A DNA stretch of 34,194 nucleotides from Catajapyx aquilonaris (Eukaryota), in the NCBI GenBank assembly GCA_000934665.2, contig KZ539079.1:1-34194 (forward strand), given 5' to 3'. Every line of letters begins with the position of its first letter. Position 1 is the stretch's first letter. Positions 22,501-33,998 of the stretch are shown here, piece after piece. Made by a program: the position numbers and the translations under genes. The notes below the pieces were generated by a model. It was not told where the DNA came from. It worked only from the letters and a program-made list of their open reading frames with translations, and ran no database searches.

Positions 22501-25500
22501 TTCTTCTTCATCCTCGTCCGCATCGTCGCCGTCATAATCCTCCGCTTTACATATTAAACTCAGAAACATTGCTATCAGGAGTACCTGTAACATGGAATGG
22601 CATTTAAAAAATACATTTGTTGAAAAATAGTGCATAGATACCTTCAGCGGTTGCACGAGCAGCACAGACGAAAAGAAGGAAATAATGAGGGCTGACAGCC
22701 ACTTGGTGGTCTTCTCATTGCCAAATTGGATTCCATATGCCCACAAGAAGAAAACGGAGACAACGATGCACACAGCTACCAAAAACCATGCCACGTAGCG
22801 GAATATCCATGGGAGGGTGAATTTCTTCTTTTTTGGTTTTTGCAATTCCTCGAGTTGCTTCTTTCGTTTTGCAGAAATCTGACCAGCATTTTCATTTATC
22901 AATGCTGTTTCAACCGGAGGAACACTCCTAACGTCAATTTTTGGCTTGCCTTCTTTATTCGACTTTTCTCCTAGAATGAAACTTGCAATAAGTACCGACA
23001 TTTTTCCACTTAACAGCTATTTGCTACACCAAAGTACAAGAATACAACTCCAGTTGGAAACCGTGAAGAGTTGGGCCCTTATTCTATTGAGCTATTCAAA
23101 TATTATAATTATTATTACAATATGTATGCTAAAGTAAAGTTGTAAAAATGCACAGTACGTACTTGTCTCTTTTAAGGCCTGTTCTATGCGATTAGGGCGT
23201 AGTTTACTTGGTCTCGATTTTCGAAAGAGGAAAATGATCAAGAATGACGGAGGGAAAATAATCAAATTCGACATCAGTCCAACACCAAGCTGCAAGAAAC
23301 AGTTGTCGCCCTGAGTAGCATGCATATTTCCTCAAACTCAATGGAACTCAAACTCAAATGGAATCCGTAGTCACCTGTTCAGCATTGAGTTTGAGAGGTC
23401 CAACCTGTAACGAATTCTGGTCTGTTTTTTCCGGCATTGTACCGTACCACATTGCATTAGTGAGCATGGATAGGTACAGTAGAGCAAAGCAAGAAGAAAC
23501 TCTTTGACACCGAGTAAAGCGGCTTCTGGGTGGCCGAAGAAAGACTGAGAACCACAGATGGCCATCTCTCAAGTTCTTCTGGGACGTGTTAGAAAACAAG
23601 TGAGAAAATTCCCCTTGTTGTTCCAAACCAGCCACTGGCAGAACTCGGTCAATCTACGAAGCACATAAACATCTCAGTGTGTGACTTACTAATTATTGAA
23701 GCTAACACTTACCATTCCATCATCCTCTTCAAAGGCAAACCACCTATCAGCAATAAATTCATACTTCTTCCCTGTTTGCAGATCTTTGAAAATGATAAAA
23801 TTAAGAAACCAGGAACCGTATCGTCCTTTTCCTGAATTGTCGTGCCAAATCCGCAGGTAATTTAGGTCACCCATAGGTCTAGGCACAGCCAGCACAAAGC
23901 AATCTGTGCCTCCCCTCCGAAAGAATCGTCCCTTAGGGTCTCCAAAGGTACGAATCTCACTTTCGTCCTGACTGCCTGAGAGCACAAACTGAAAATGTTA
24001 AGTCACATACACACAGGTTATAAGTTAACTGACAATATCGAGCTCGGGAAACACTCTGGAACCCAAAGCCCTCTTGTGACGTTGTGTAGAGGTGATCATT
24101 GTACAGTACTTACGGATAAGACTGAGTCTGTCATGGCGTCCGTTTTGTTTCCTGTGAACACAAGCAACTCGTACAAGTAACGATCTTCTGGCTTGTTGTC
24201 TGGTAGAGGAGTGCATCCCAGCTGCAATGCAGAACGAAATCGACTCATGTAAAATATTAGTTGCCTGCAGGGATACATGGTGATCTTGGATACAAAAATT
24301 TCCAACCTTCTCTTTGTCTTTGAGGTCTTTCCGGCGTGCCCAGATTAGTAAAACGATGTATATCAGAAGGGTTAATATCATGCACATGTATATGGTAAGG
24401 TTGTCCGTGAAACTGGCGTGAGCAAACACGTAGCTGAAGTCAATGGCGTTAGGTGCAACAAAGAACCCAGAGCCAAATGAAGTCAGATGGTTTGCTTGGC
24501 ATGTTGTTGACCATTTGTTTGCTGCTATAGCCTAAAATTAATTTGAATTCCAGGGTCCGTTACAAACATATTTTACTGTTCAATTTATTATCCAAGAACA
24601 TCTAACTTACCTTCAGTCCTTCACTCGTCCACTTTTTAGTCTCTTCATCAAAATAGAAGCAGCCACTCGTATAAATTTTCAGAAAGTAATCAGTGGTGAA
24701 ATTCCATGATAAGTCACTTTTCTTCATTTTATAATTTCCATATTCTATAAGGCCGTCATCAAAATCGCTCCTGAATTCGCCAACCCCTATGTAGAAGTTT
24801 CCAGTGGTGTTGACCAATTCATCACCAGATACAAACACGCTGTAAGTGTCTGGAATGTCAGATATCATGACTCAGTAGTGTCCTATAGCAGTAGCCTACA
24901 AAACTCAAGGCGGTACTCTCTCCTGTATGTCGGTGTACATTCGATGTAGTGTACACCGCGATTGGTTTGCACAAGTATGGTAGGTGTATAATCTGGTTTT
25001 TTTCAAGTTCAGAATTACGCCACCAACGTTGTCATTATTAAGTGACAATAACAATGGCAACAAAAGTGACGTCAATCAAAACTGGAACATTTGGAATATG
25101 CACAAGTAGGCTATGCTGGTATGCAGGTGTACACTTAGATTAGTACGAGTGAGTATCTCTTGGAAAAACTACAAAGAGACTAGAGCCGACCATATTGATG
25201 GGCAGGGACTGAGTACTTTCCCTCGAAAACTTTACGCCCCCAGAGGTATATTGTCGGTACAAGTGAAAAACTTTTACACTTTACAATAGGGCCTACTGCT
25301 CAAGGTTCCAGGAGTGAGACTACTCGAATGCTTCTTCGTTGTCTCATAGTGCGATCGGCTTTACAACGCCAATTGCACTCTTCAACACAATGTTCCTACT
25401 ATACAACACTAACAAATACAATAGTAAATGGTAAATGTCGATATTAGTAGAGGTATTTAAACTTCTTGTGCCACCTAGATTTATTGATGTTTCGTATAGA

Positions 25501-28500
25501 CCGTCATCCCCATGAACAGTTGAACACATACCACCAACCTAATAGGCTAGATCTACTCTTTTATTCCCGGACAGATCTCGCACAGGACTCCTGAATTGAC
25601 AACGTCGCTGTTTCCCGCCAAGTCAATTTGAGTTCCAAAGGCTCGGCATATCAGTTCCTCGCCTATTAATTGGTTAGCTAAAGCGAACTGCCTGGTGATT
25701 GATGCCTGAATTTTGAATCACAATCAGGGCCTTCAGAGGTGCTCATTTGTAGCTGCTATTTTCTCACTATAGTTGCAGCAGCGCAGACGAATATTGACAA
25801 ATACCGAGTTCTGTCCCTCAAGTAAAGTACTTCCGAATAATAATGTGCTATACTTACCGGTAGCATTCATTGTAGCGTTTGTATAGGTATTGTTCACCAT
25901 TTCTATACTCTCATTCTTCAAGGAAATAAACCACTCGTGATTGGCAGGAGTTGGCAATTTCTCATAGGAAATGAACAGGAAGTATTTATGGTCAACGTCT
26001 TCTGTCGGAGTCCATTCAATGTTGATACCAGATCCGTCTGTTGTGAGGGTCACGTTCCGGTACAGTATTGGAAGCGGCAAACCTCGTAGTTCTTTCATTG
26101 TGTTGACATACTGTGGTCCTATCAAGCAATAAAATCATATTTATTTCTCCCGACTTAGAAACTAGTTGTCACTTACTCAGTTTGCTACTGTGTATTTGAT
26201 TCCTCGGTATTTTCACTGTTATTGCGTCAGAAAGATTGTAAACTGCTGCTTTGGTCCTATTCTTGTTAAAGACGTTGACTTCTACAACTTTTGTATTCTT
26301 GGAGAGCGCACTTGAAGATTTGTCGTAAGACTGAAATGAAAATGGTGCTTTTTGGTGCAAACTATTTCATTTTTGATGACTTAATTTATGTCAAACAGAC
26401 GAAAACCAGAAACCAGAAAAAAAAATCAAAACAGTAGAGCCGAGTCCTTCGCTGGAAGAGTGCATTCCGTTTGCTGGAAACCTTCCCCAAAACAAAATCT
26501 GCCTTCATAGGATCAGTTTTATGCAGAGATCATTTGGTATCTGCAGCCTCATTACCGAGATAATGAGCTTAAAATACTAGGTATAAAATATCCTGGTAGG
26601 CATGGAACCTTTCATTTGACATTTGAATTTAAAATGTGGATTTTATTGAACCATGCAATCTGCGATCTCAGTGTCAAGGGAACGGTCAAGGTCGGATACC
26701 TCCGATTTGGTTGAAACTTGCTTGAGGAGTCATTCATGTGCGATAGACACAGTGGTGAAAGTTGTAGCTCGCAACGTCCAGCCGTTTCCGAGATATGAGC
26801 GACAGAAACATCCGAATTTTGGCCCGCGCATTTGCCGGGAGCAGCTCTGCCAGCTCCACATTCCTTCTACCTTGATTCCCCCCGCAGCCTTTACCCTCTT
26901 TTTTCGATCCCATACCACCATCCCCCACTCCCCCACCAACATTTTCGTTTTCCATTGTTTCTTTGCTCCGGTATTTATTATGAGACCATCAAGCTGCTTT
27001 CTTTCGCTTCTGTTAACTGCGAATAAAGAGGTTCTGTATACCTAAAATTGCGTAATGGGAAACCTATTCAGCCTTACCAAAATATGTATGACATTTTATA
27101 ATCTCTCCTGCCCAATACGATTGCGAATCTGTCGATATTACAGTATTTTTTTAGCAAAGCTCACATTATTTTGTAAATGTTGCGTGTTGACAATTTTGTG
27201 TTAGCGTTGGGGAGAAGCGAAAGAAAGCAGCTTGATGGTCTCATAATAAATACCGGAGCAAAGAAACAATGGAAAACGAAAATGTTGGTGGGGGAGTGGG
27301 GGTGGGTGTATGGGATCGAAAAAAGGGGATAAAGGGGGCGGGGGGAATCAAAGTAGACGGAATTTGGAGCTGGCAGAGCGGCTCCCGGCAAATGCGCGCG
27401 GCCAAAATTCGGATGATTCTGTCGCTCACATCTCGGAAACGGCTGGACGTTGCGAGCTACAACTTTCACCACTGTGTCTATCGCACATGAATGACCCCTC
27501 AAGCAAGTTTCAATCAAATCGGAGGTATCCGACCTTGACCGTTCCCTTGTGAGTGTATCACACTGTTATTTCTGATGTTGGTTCAATGGGATCAGGTGTT
27601 CTGACCCAGAGAGGCCGTATAGTATTATAACCTCACAATAAGAATGGTGACCAGTAAATGAAGGATCCAGGAAAGAAAGAGTGCTCAAATAGCGTACGAC
27701 ACCGTATGGGAAAGAGAAGTTTTTGGACAGTGGGGGAAACAGATAATAGCAAGAGAACACCCACGCGAATATGAAGAAAACCTGTCGAAACATGAGCAAA
27801 TCCTCTGTCAGACCCGGAGATCGAATTCGGGACCTCAGAGGTCAGGTTACACTAGTCTCTACACTACACTAGCCTCTAAACCACCATACTGGCCTCTACA
27901 CCACCATGCTGTTCCATAACTAGCAGTCGCCGAAGCAGTCGCAGGCTATATCCGACAGATAATATGAGTAGTGGCGGATCAAAAGCGGCCATCTCCACGA
28001 AGTCCAGAAAATGAACTGCGTGCGGGACATTGTACCTGAAGGCAATCCCTTCCATAAGGTTTGCATGTGGCAGGCCTAAGTCGGCCAACTCCCGAGATAT
28101 AAGGGCCAGAAAGGAGACTGGCAAAGCACATTCGGCCAACTCCGCGAACTGTGGCAAACCAAATCCGGCCAAATCCGTCCATCGCTGCTGGCGGTGCAAA
28201 ACCGGCCAACTCCCTAGCGTTTGTGATGGGAGGCCGCCTGTGGCACCGGCTCAAATCGCGCGCCTAAAAACCGTCGCATTGGCAACGGTGAAGTAGTGCC
28301 GGTGCACTTTGGTAGTGACTGGGAGACGGTGGGGGGTACTGAATATTACAAACATGTCCTTAGTGGTCCAACTGGTGACGAAGAGCAAGACAGGTCTAAC
28401 AACTGTATGTGCAGAGAAGAAACCAGTACCTTTGTAGGGCCTTAGACTCTTCACAACATCAATTTGTATTCCTCTCTTTGGACCCAATTATGAATAAAAA

Positions 28501-31500
28501 TAATACTCCATGACTGTGGCAGTGCAAAATTAATCCAACTCCACCTGTGGCATGTCAGACCTGGCCAACTCCAACCTTTGTCATGAAATATGTTGGTAAC
28601 CCTTTCCCCCACATTTGCGACACAAGTATGTCCATCAAGAACTCCTGAAGTCCTCTCTTTTAGCAGTCACAGCGTGCTTCTATCTGCTATGGTTGTTGAT
28701 TTCTACGTTTTTTAACTCTACTGCAAATTTCGATAAGCAGGAGATGGCCGATTTTGATCCGCCACTACTCAATATATAGATTGCATAATGTACTATCTCA
28801 TTATTAGTAATTATAGTGAGTAACGAGGCTGCAGGTGCAAAACTACACGCTGCATGAAGCAGTCCTCTGGTATTCAGGAGTGCAACATTATATACAGTAT
28901 TTCGTTGGTATCTATTCAGAACACCTTGAATAGGGTTTTACAAAAATAAGAAGAATTTATCTAGCAGAGGGGTGTTCAAACTAATGTTAGCCACTCACCA
29001 TCGTATACTCACTCAATCAAAGTGCGACAGGTTCCTTAATAGAAAGGTGGGTGTGCCAATTGTTTAAACAGAATATTTACACGGCTCAATTACATCGTGC
29101 AATAAAAAACATCCTGGACCCTTTATTGGCAACAGCTGCAATATTCACTAGAAGTTAGTCTTATTGTTGTAATGAATTTTCATTTTTAATTGAGAAAGTC
29201 TACCTTAGTGTGTAACATAACTTTATGACTGTGTCGATCTATTACACATCAAGAGTCACAATAATGAAAGCCTGGTTTTGAAAAAGACTTACGTGTGTTT
29301 TTCCAGGCCACACTGTACTAGAAATTCCGAACGATTCCAAGCATGTACCATTTTCATCTTTCTCTCCAGGGCACAATCCTGCAGGGAGATCCACCTTTGC
29401 ACCAGAATCGTCCACTGTGACATTCGTATCAGTTCCGTTGTCCTTCATCCTGAGTGTAATTATTGTTATCATATTTTATCATTATTTTTGCAGTGTAGCC
29501 TACAACTTCTATACGGTACTTACATTGTGACTTGCATATAAACTCCGCTGGCAGCTTGAAGGTCCATTTGTTCACCAGTAACACTATTGCCGAGTACTGT
29601 TTTGTACATGTTGTCAACCATTTCTAACATGCTGGGCACTTCTTGAGAGCTTTTAGAAGCAGTTTCATGCAAGACGTTGCACTTCCTTTGCAAGATAGGA
29701 TCAGCTGGGACTTTCATATTAACTGCAACAGGAAAACACTTTATGTAACATAAGGACCATACGAGATGTCACAAAATAATATAATAGTTCCCAGAGAGTG
29801 GAATATGAGTACTTTCGAACGGCAAAACGTAATTGGCATATTTTTCCCCACTTTAAGTGGCATGACTTATGAAAAGTCACGGTATGGTGGTAACACAACT
29901 TCTCCTCTTTCTATAAGCCAAGTGAAGAAAACAAATACAGTCAAATTCCGATAACTCGAATACCGATAACTCGAAATTCTCGATAAGTCGAAGAAAATCT
30001 TGGACTTGGCGGATTCGACATATACCGTATGAAAATTGAATTCCGATAACTCGAATTTGTATAACTCGATTTTCTCGATAAGTCGAATATATTTTGTGAA
30101 CTCTTAATAGGTCGAATTTTGTCAACACCGGGGAATTTCCAAGTTGGGCAAACATGTGGTATAATTCATTCTTGGAGATTTCCACCCCAGCTGGTTAATA
30201 CTCTCGATAAGCCGCGAATGAATGCACAAAGCCCTCTGAAAGCCACGTGTTTTAAGCTCCCTTTCCTGTAGGTAGTGACTCACGCATTCCTTTGCGGTGG
30301 TGACATGCCTCTTGCCTCAGAGCAGTCAGAGCTCAGAGGCTACACAGTAAGCTCGAGACTACACTGTACTGGACAGTACTGTTATAACCCATAAAACGGG
30401 TTTCAGTACTATAAAAGCAATAAACAATACTGTACAGTGTACAGTGTACACTATCCAGATACAGTACACGACACACTGCAGGTGGTGGGAAAACAGCACC
30501 CGCACAAAATTATAACAATTTTGTGCGGGTGCTGTTTTCCCACCATATTCGATAAGTCGAATTTTTTTCTCAGTCCCATGGTGGTTCGAGTTATCGGGAT
30601 TTGACTGTAATAAATATTCTGAGATACGGTTGAATACCCCCGATATTAAAGTAATGATCACAATTCAAAAGTAGGCTTTCAAAATTTTCAGCTGGAGAAG
30701 AAACTTTTTTCTTGATTAGAAAATGTGGAACGCTTCTTCGATATCAAAATGTACCGTATGTTCCAACTTATGTATGCTTTCAGGTTCTTCACACGGTATT
30801 TGCACCAATTCGCTATGATAGTGCATTCCAGCCATTCCGGAAAACCAGATATAAATAATTGATTACTGTTTCATTTGAGACAAAGGTCACTAATTTCTGT
30901 GGATCAGAAATGGTCCATTGCGTTAATATTTGAGCGATTCCTGAGCTATAGATGGACAGAATATGATGCTTCACTAGTGTCAACTCTTGAAAGAACTAAA
31001 GAAATTTCACAGCTTATGTGTTATTCTCTCTTCTGTAGATGAAAATATAGCAGGAAGAAAAATACTCAAAGAGCATTGAATACATACCATCGTCTCCAAT
31101 ATCAGTGTCATATTCAAGGTCTTTGATTGCCTCTTCGTCAGACACCGGTATGTAGCTGCAGTTGTTTTTCTGGAGCACGCCTGCAGTACCCTGCAACATT
31201 AATGATGCTTATGTGTAGAAAGGTGAAGAATAATTATTATTATATGTATATATGGAGGATATTTATAACTAGCATGCCAATCGTCTCGCCTGTTGATGCC
31301 TTGGCCACTGACGAGTGTACATTGTATAGGTGATGAATGCTAAGGCACCAATTAGTTACGACGTAAACGACCACAAACAGCCTGGATAAGTTACGAGGAA
31401 GCAAACGATCGTCGTCTTCAGTGCCAGATTTCCCGTTAAGCACAGTAGGCACTCGCCTAGGGGCGGCTGCGAGTTGCAATAAATAATATTATTTTCTCAA

Positions 31501-33696
31501 ATACAATAATAGGAAATGAAGGAGAGCTCCCAAAGAATATCAAATTTTTGAGAGCATGTTTTACCACTACATGCAGAAATGGTAATTGCGGAAGGGAACC
31601 ATAACTTACAAGATAATATTTTTAAAATAAAATAACATAAAATGGGAGGTGTAGATGGCCAAGATGGTAACGTCTCGGCTTGCTGAGTGAAAGGCCCCAG
31701 GTTCGATCCCCGCCTGGGGAACTTTCCTGTCACCTGCGTCGGCGAGAGTCTCTGACCCGCACCTTAGAGGTGTCTGGCAACCTAACCTCCTGGGGAACAG
31801 CACATGACCCCTTTACCGACATTGCACTTGCACCAATGTTCCCTCCCCAAAAATCCCTATGCCTACCCTACATCCGCTTGACTCCTTGCACCGGTGAATA
31901 AATTAATTATAATAATTGTGGGTAATGCTTTCACCCCTTACGGGGTATATCGCATGAACCTTTATTTTATTTTCCAATTTTTCTTTTAACTTCCACTCCG
32001 GTGCAAGGAATCAAGGAATTTGGGTAAGGATAGGGATTTTTCGGGGAGGGGACACGGGTGCAGGTGCAATGTCGTTAAATGGGTCATGTGCAGTCCCCCA
32101 GGAGGTTAGGTTGCCAGACACCTCCTCGGTGCAGGTCAGAGACCCTCCTGACGCAGGTGAAAGGAAGTTCCCCAGGCGGGGATTGAACCTGGGGCCTTTC
32201 ACTCAGCAAGCCGAGACGTTACCATCTCGGCCACCACACCTCCCCCATTGCACCGGTGAATGAAGTTAATATAGGAAAATGGAGTGAAATGGTGGTATTC
32301 CACCCCCCCTAAAAAGGCTCAGCCTTATCACGGGGTAACGTAAAAAAAACATTAAATGGAGGAGAGAACACAATAAAAATTTTGAATTTTTAAGCGTCAT
32401 GCGGGGAGGGGGGGCGTATCTGAAGTGCGGCCGGGGGGGGGGGGGGGGGNNNNNNNNNNNNNNNNNNNNNNNNNNNNNNNNNNNNNNNNNNNNNNGGGGG
32501 GGGGGGGGGGGGTAAATTCGGCGCTGGTCGTCTGCGTGATTATTATCGTAGTATCCAATGGTCGACGATGACGAATTGCGGTTGGTCCCTCGACATGTCT
32601 CAACCCTACATTTTGTACTTGTTTTGGCCATGTGTATTGCCACTGTCACACGGGTGGATGACTTGATTTGTTAGAAACACCTTGCAACATATACCGGTAG
32701 TAGAATAAAGCCATTGTCCTTACTTCCATGAGGTTTCCCATTGCGTTTCCCAAATGCTTCATAAGGGGCTCCAGGTCAGATGGTGTGCTGATTTTTACTT
32801 TGCCCACTTGCTGCACCATATTCTAGAGTACAAAATAATACAGTATTATTGTATTAAGAAATACAGGATAACTAACTGAACTCATATTGGAAATGATAGG
32901 TTTGATCTATGCTAGCGCCTGGGTCTCCAAACTATAGCTTTGTGTCGCTGTGAGCACTGAGAAAATGGTTAGCTCATACCAACAAAATAATCAGCTAAAC
33001 TAGTCCACACAACAACATCGCGAATGATAATCTATGCTGAAAGTTATATTCCTCTCCCCTCACTTTAATGGTGTAGTGCCCCTGTAATAACGTTTGGACA
33101 GACCAGTTTTGGAAAAGTGAAAATGCATGCCTTTTGGTGAAATTTTGGTATTTCTCTTTTCCACCACCAGTCTCCCTCATTCCCCGCCGCACGCAATAAT
33201 GGCACAAAATACATGTATGAAATACATATGACCAAGAGCTCTTGATATGACATGCAATGGAAACTTGAGGCCGAATCTGAGCTGAATGTTAACTTAAAAC
33301 TACATAAAATTACCAGGGGGGTAATCACTTCGGTACTCCGGTGTACACCTGGGAGTGGTACTCCCTGGTACTCCTCAGGCACCTCACTCTTTATTACTCC
33401 GTGGTACTCCTTGAATTTGGTACTCCAGTGTACACTTTTCAGTCGAGTGATTACCCCCTTGAAAATTACTGTAGGCCTATATTGACCAGTGAAAAATTCT
33501 TCTTATGAGGTCTCACCTCCAAAATATCACGAGTCTGGGCACGCCCTTTTAATCCAACCATAAGATCTCCGACATTAGGCATATCATTTTTGGAAAGGAC
33601 AGTTCCGAGAGTCGATGCACCCACATTTAGTTCTTCAATGCTAGTAGCAGAATCTTGGTAAGTCTTCTTCATCCCATTCAGTGCTTTATCAGTATT
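19555..33696 (-). CDS. Polycystin-1 family protein (PKD1/PKD1L2-like; GAIN-GPS, PLAT/LH2, multi-TM, polycystin cation channel domain), 5'-partial
   Basis: 23 exons with GT/AG ends and matching phases: 33517-33696, 32724-32822, 31088-31190, 29524-29722, 29293-29449, 26177-26330, 25858-26118, 24611-24849, 24307-24531, 24114-24221, 23713-23988, 23375-23653, 23163-23289, 22642-22970, 22458-22584, 22247-22343, 22025-22166, 21512-21693, 21206-21352, 20940-21135, 20111-20875, 19888-20049, 19555-19788 (4788 nt including TAA). Motifs: GPS CFYFDEETKKW...CQANHL^TSF; PLAT LRIWHDNSGKG..SWFL; HLWFSVFLRPPRSRFTRCQR; TOP YGGGGY and WIDHLTRAVFLEFYTYN; KLLRFN. Confidence 0.96.
24307..24849 (-). other. Exons encoding the GPS autoproteolysis motif and TM1 of the polycystin
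   Basis: SGCFYFDEETKKWTSEGLK|AIAANKWSTTCQANHL^TSFGSGFFVAPNAIDF followed by the hydrophobic segment IYMCMILTLLIYIVLLIWARRKD. Confidence 0.9.
26675..27549. mobile_element. Foldback DNA transposon derivative with 337-bp TIRs
   Basis: Arms 26675-27011 and 27213-27549 are highly similar inverted copies with termini CAAGGGAACGG...CCGTTCCCTTG. Flanks TCAGTGT/TGAGTGT could be a 7-bp TSD with 1 mismatch. Confidence 0.9.
27650..27876 (-). mobile_element. Degenerate V-domain SINE (V-SINE-like)
   Basis: tRNA-like head with B box relic GAGGTCCCGAATTCGATCTCCGG, then GCGTGGGTGTTCTC...TGTTTCCCCCACTGTCCAAAAAC (27721-27766), resembling the V domain consensus GCGTGGGTTTCCTCC...GGTTTCCTCCCACAGTCCAAAGAC. Confidence 0.6.
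27966..28770. mobile_element. Non-autonomous DNA transposon with GAG...CTC termini and internal 25-bp motif array
   Basis: TIR of about 31 bp GAGTAGTGGCGGATCAAAA.CGGCCATCTCC; AATAT directly flanks both ends (27961-27965, 28771-28775). Confidence 0.88.
29938..30607. mobile_element. Tigger/pogo-type (Tc1/mariner superfamily) MITE
   Basis: TA|CAGTCAAA...TTTGACTG|TA, multiple subterminal GATAA(C/G)TCGAA repeats, internal 29-bp-arm hairpin at 30483-30545. Confidence 0.88.
31644..32345 (+). mobile_element. tRNA-derived SINE family A, tail X, interrupted by a nested SINE
   Basis: A box TGGCCAAGATGG and B box GGTTCGATCC. Body to 31899; tail resumes at 32262-32345 and matches the tail of the 7304-7646 copy. 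Degenerate TSD AAA.AACAT.AAAT on both sides. Confidence 0.85.
31900..32247 (-). mobile_element. tRNA-derived SINE family A, tail Y, nested antisense in the previous copy
   Basis: Perfect 14-bp TSD TTGCACCGGTGAAT (31886-31899 and 32248-32261). Head and core nearly identical to the host copy; tail matches the 8127 SINE. Confidence 0.88.
33301..33473. mobile_element. Small MITE with internal GGTACTCC repeats
   Basis: Imperfect TIR TACA..AA.T...AGGGGGTAATCACT / AGTGATTACCCCCTTGAAAATTACTGTA; at least 5 GGTACTCC units inside. Confidence 0.65.
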
Positions 33697-33791
33697 CTGT
33701 AACAAAAATGCAATGAAAGCCATTCTGACACATGCCATTATTAGTACAATGCAGTGATGGTTATTACTGGAGAAGCACAAGTATCGCCTCC

Positions 33792-33998
33792 TACGTTAAA
33801 ATATACGGACAATCTACCTTGAGAACACGTATTAGACTTTGCTGAAATTCCTCGTACACAAGTATGGTCTCCTGGTGGAGTTTAATGTAGAGGAAAAAAC
33901 TCTACATTAAACTCCACCAGGTGACCATACTTGTACGAGGAATTTCAGCAAAGTCTAGTACGTGTTCTCAAGGTAGATTGTCCGTATATTTTAATGTA
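33792..33998. repeat. About 100-bp-arm near-perfect inverted repeat (probable MITE), 7-nt loop
   Basis: TAC.TTAAAATATACGGACAATCTACCTTGAGAACACG...ATGTAGAG-GAAAAAA-CTCTACAT...CCGTATATTTTAATGTA; begins and ends with TA. Confidence 0.9.

Noticed and set aside
26653..27552. Mirror-image ORF pairs
   Set aside because: Products of the foldback arms; no transposase motifs.
28068..28572. CRISPR-like repeat/spacer array
   Set aside because: Eukaryotic intron, inside a TIR element, variable repeat middles, irregular spacers, no cas genes.
32400..32530. G-runs / G-quadruplex candidates (also 14985-15010)
   Set aside because: Poly-G tracts span assembly gaps (N at 32450-32495 and 15006-15010), so length and structure are unreliable; probably parts of small repeats.
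1066..33696. Functional osmoregulatory cluster of polycystin plus aquaporin
   Set aside because: Adjacency alone is not evidence; would need conserved synteny or co-expression.
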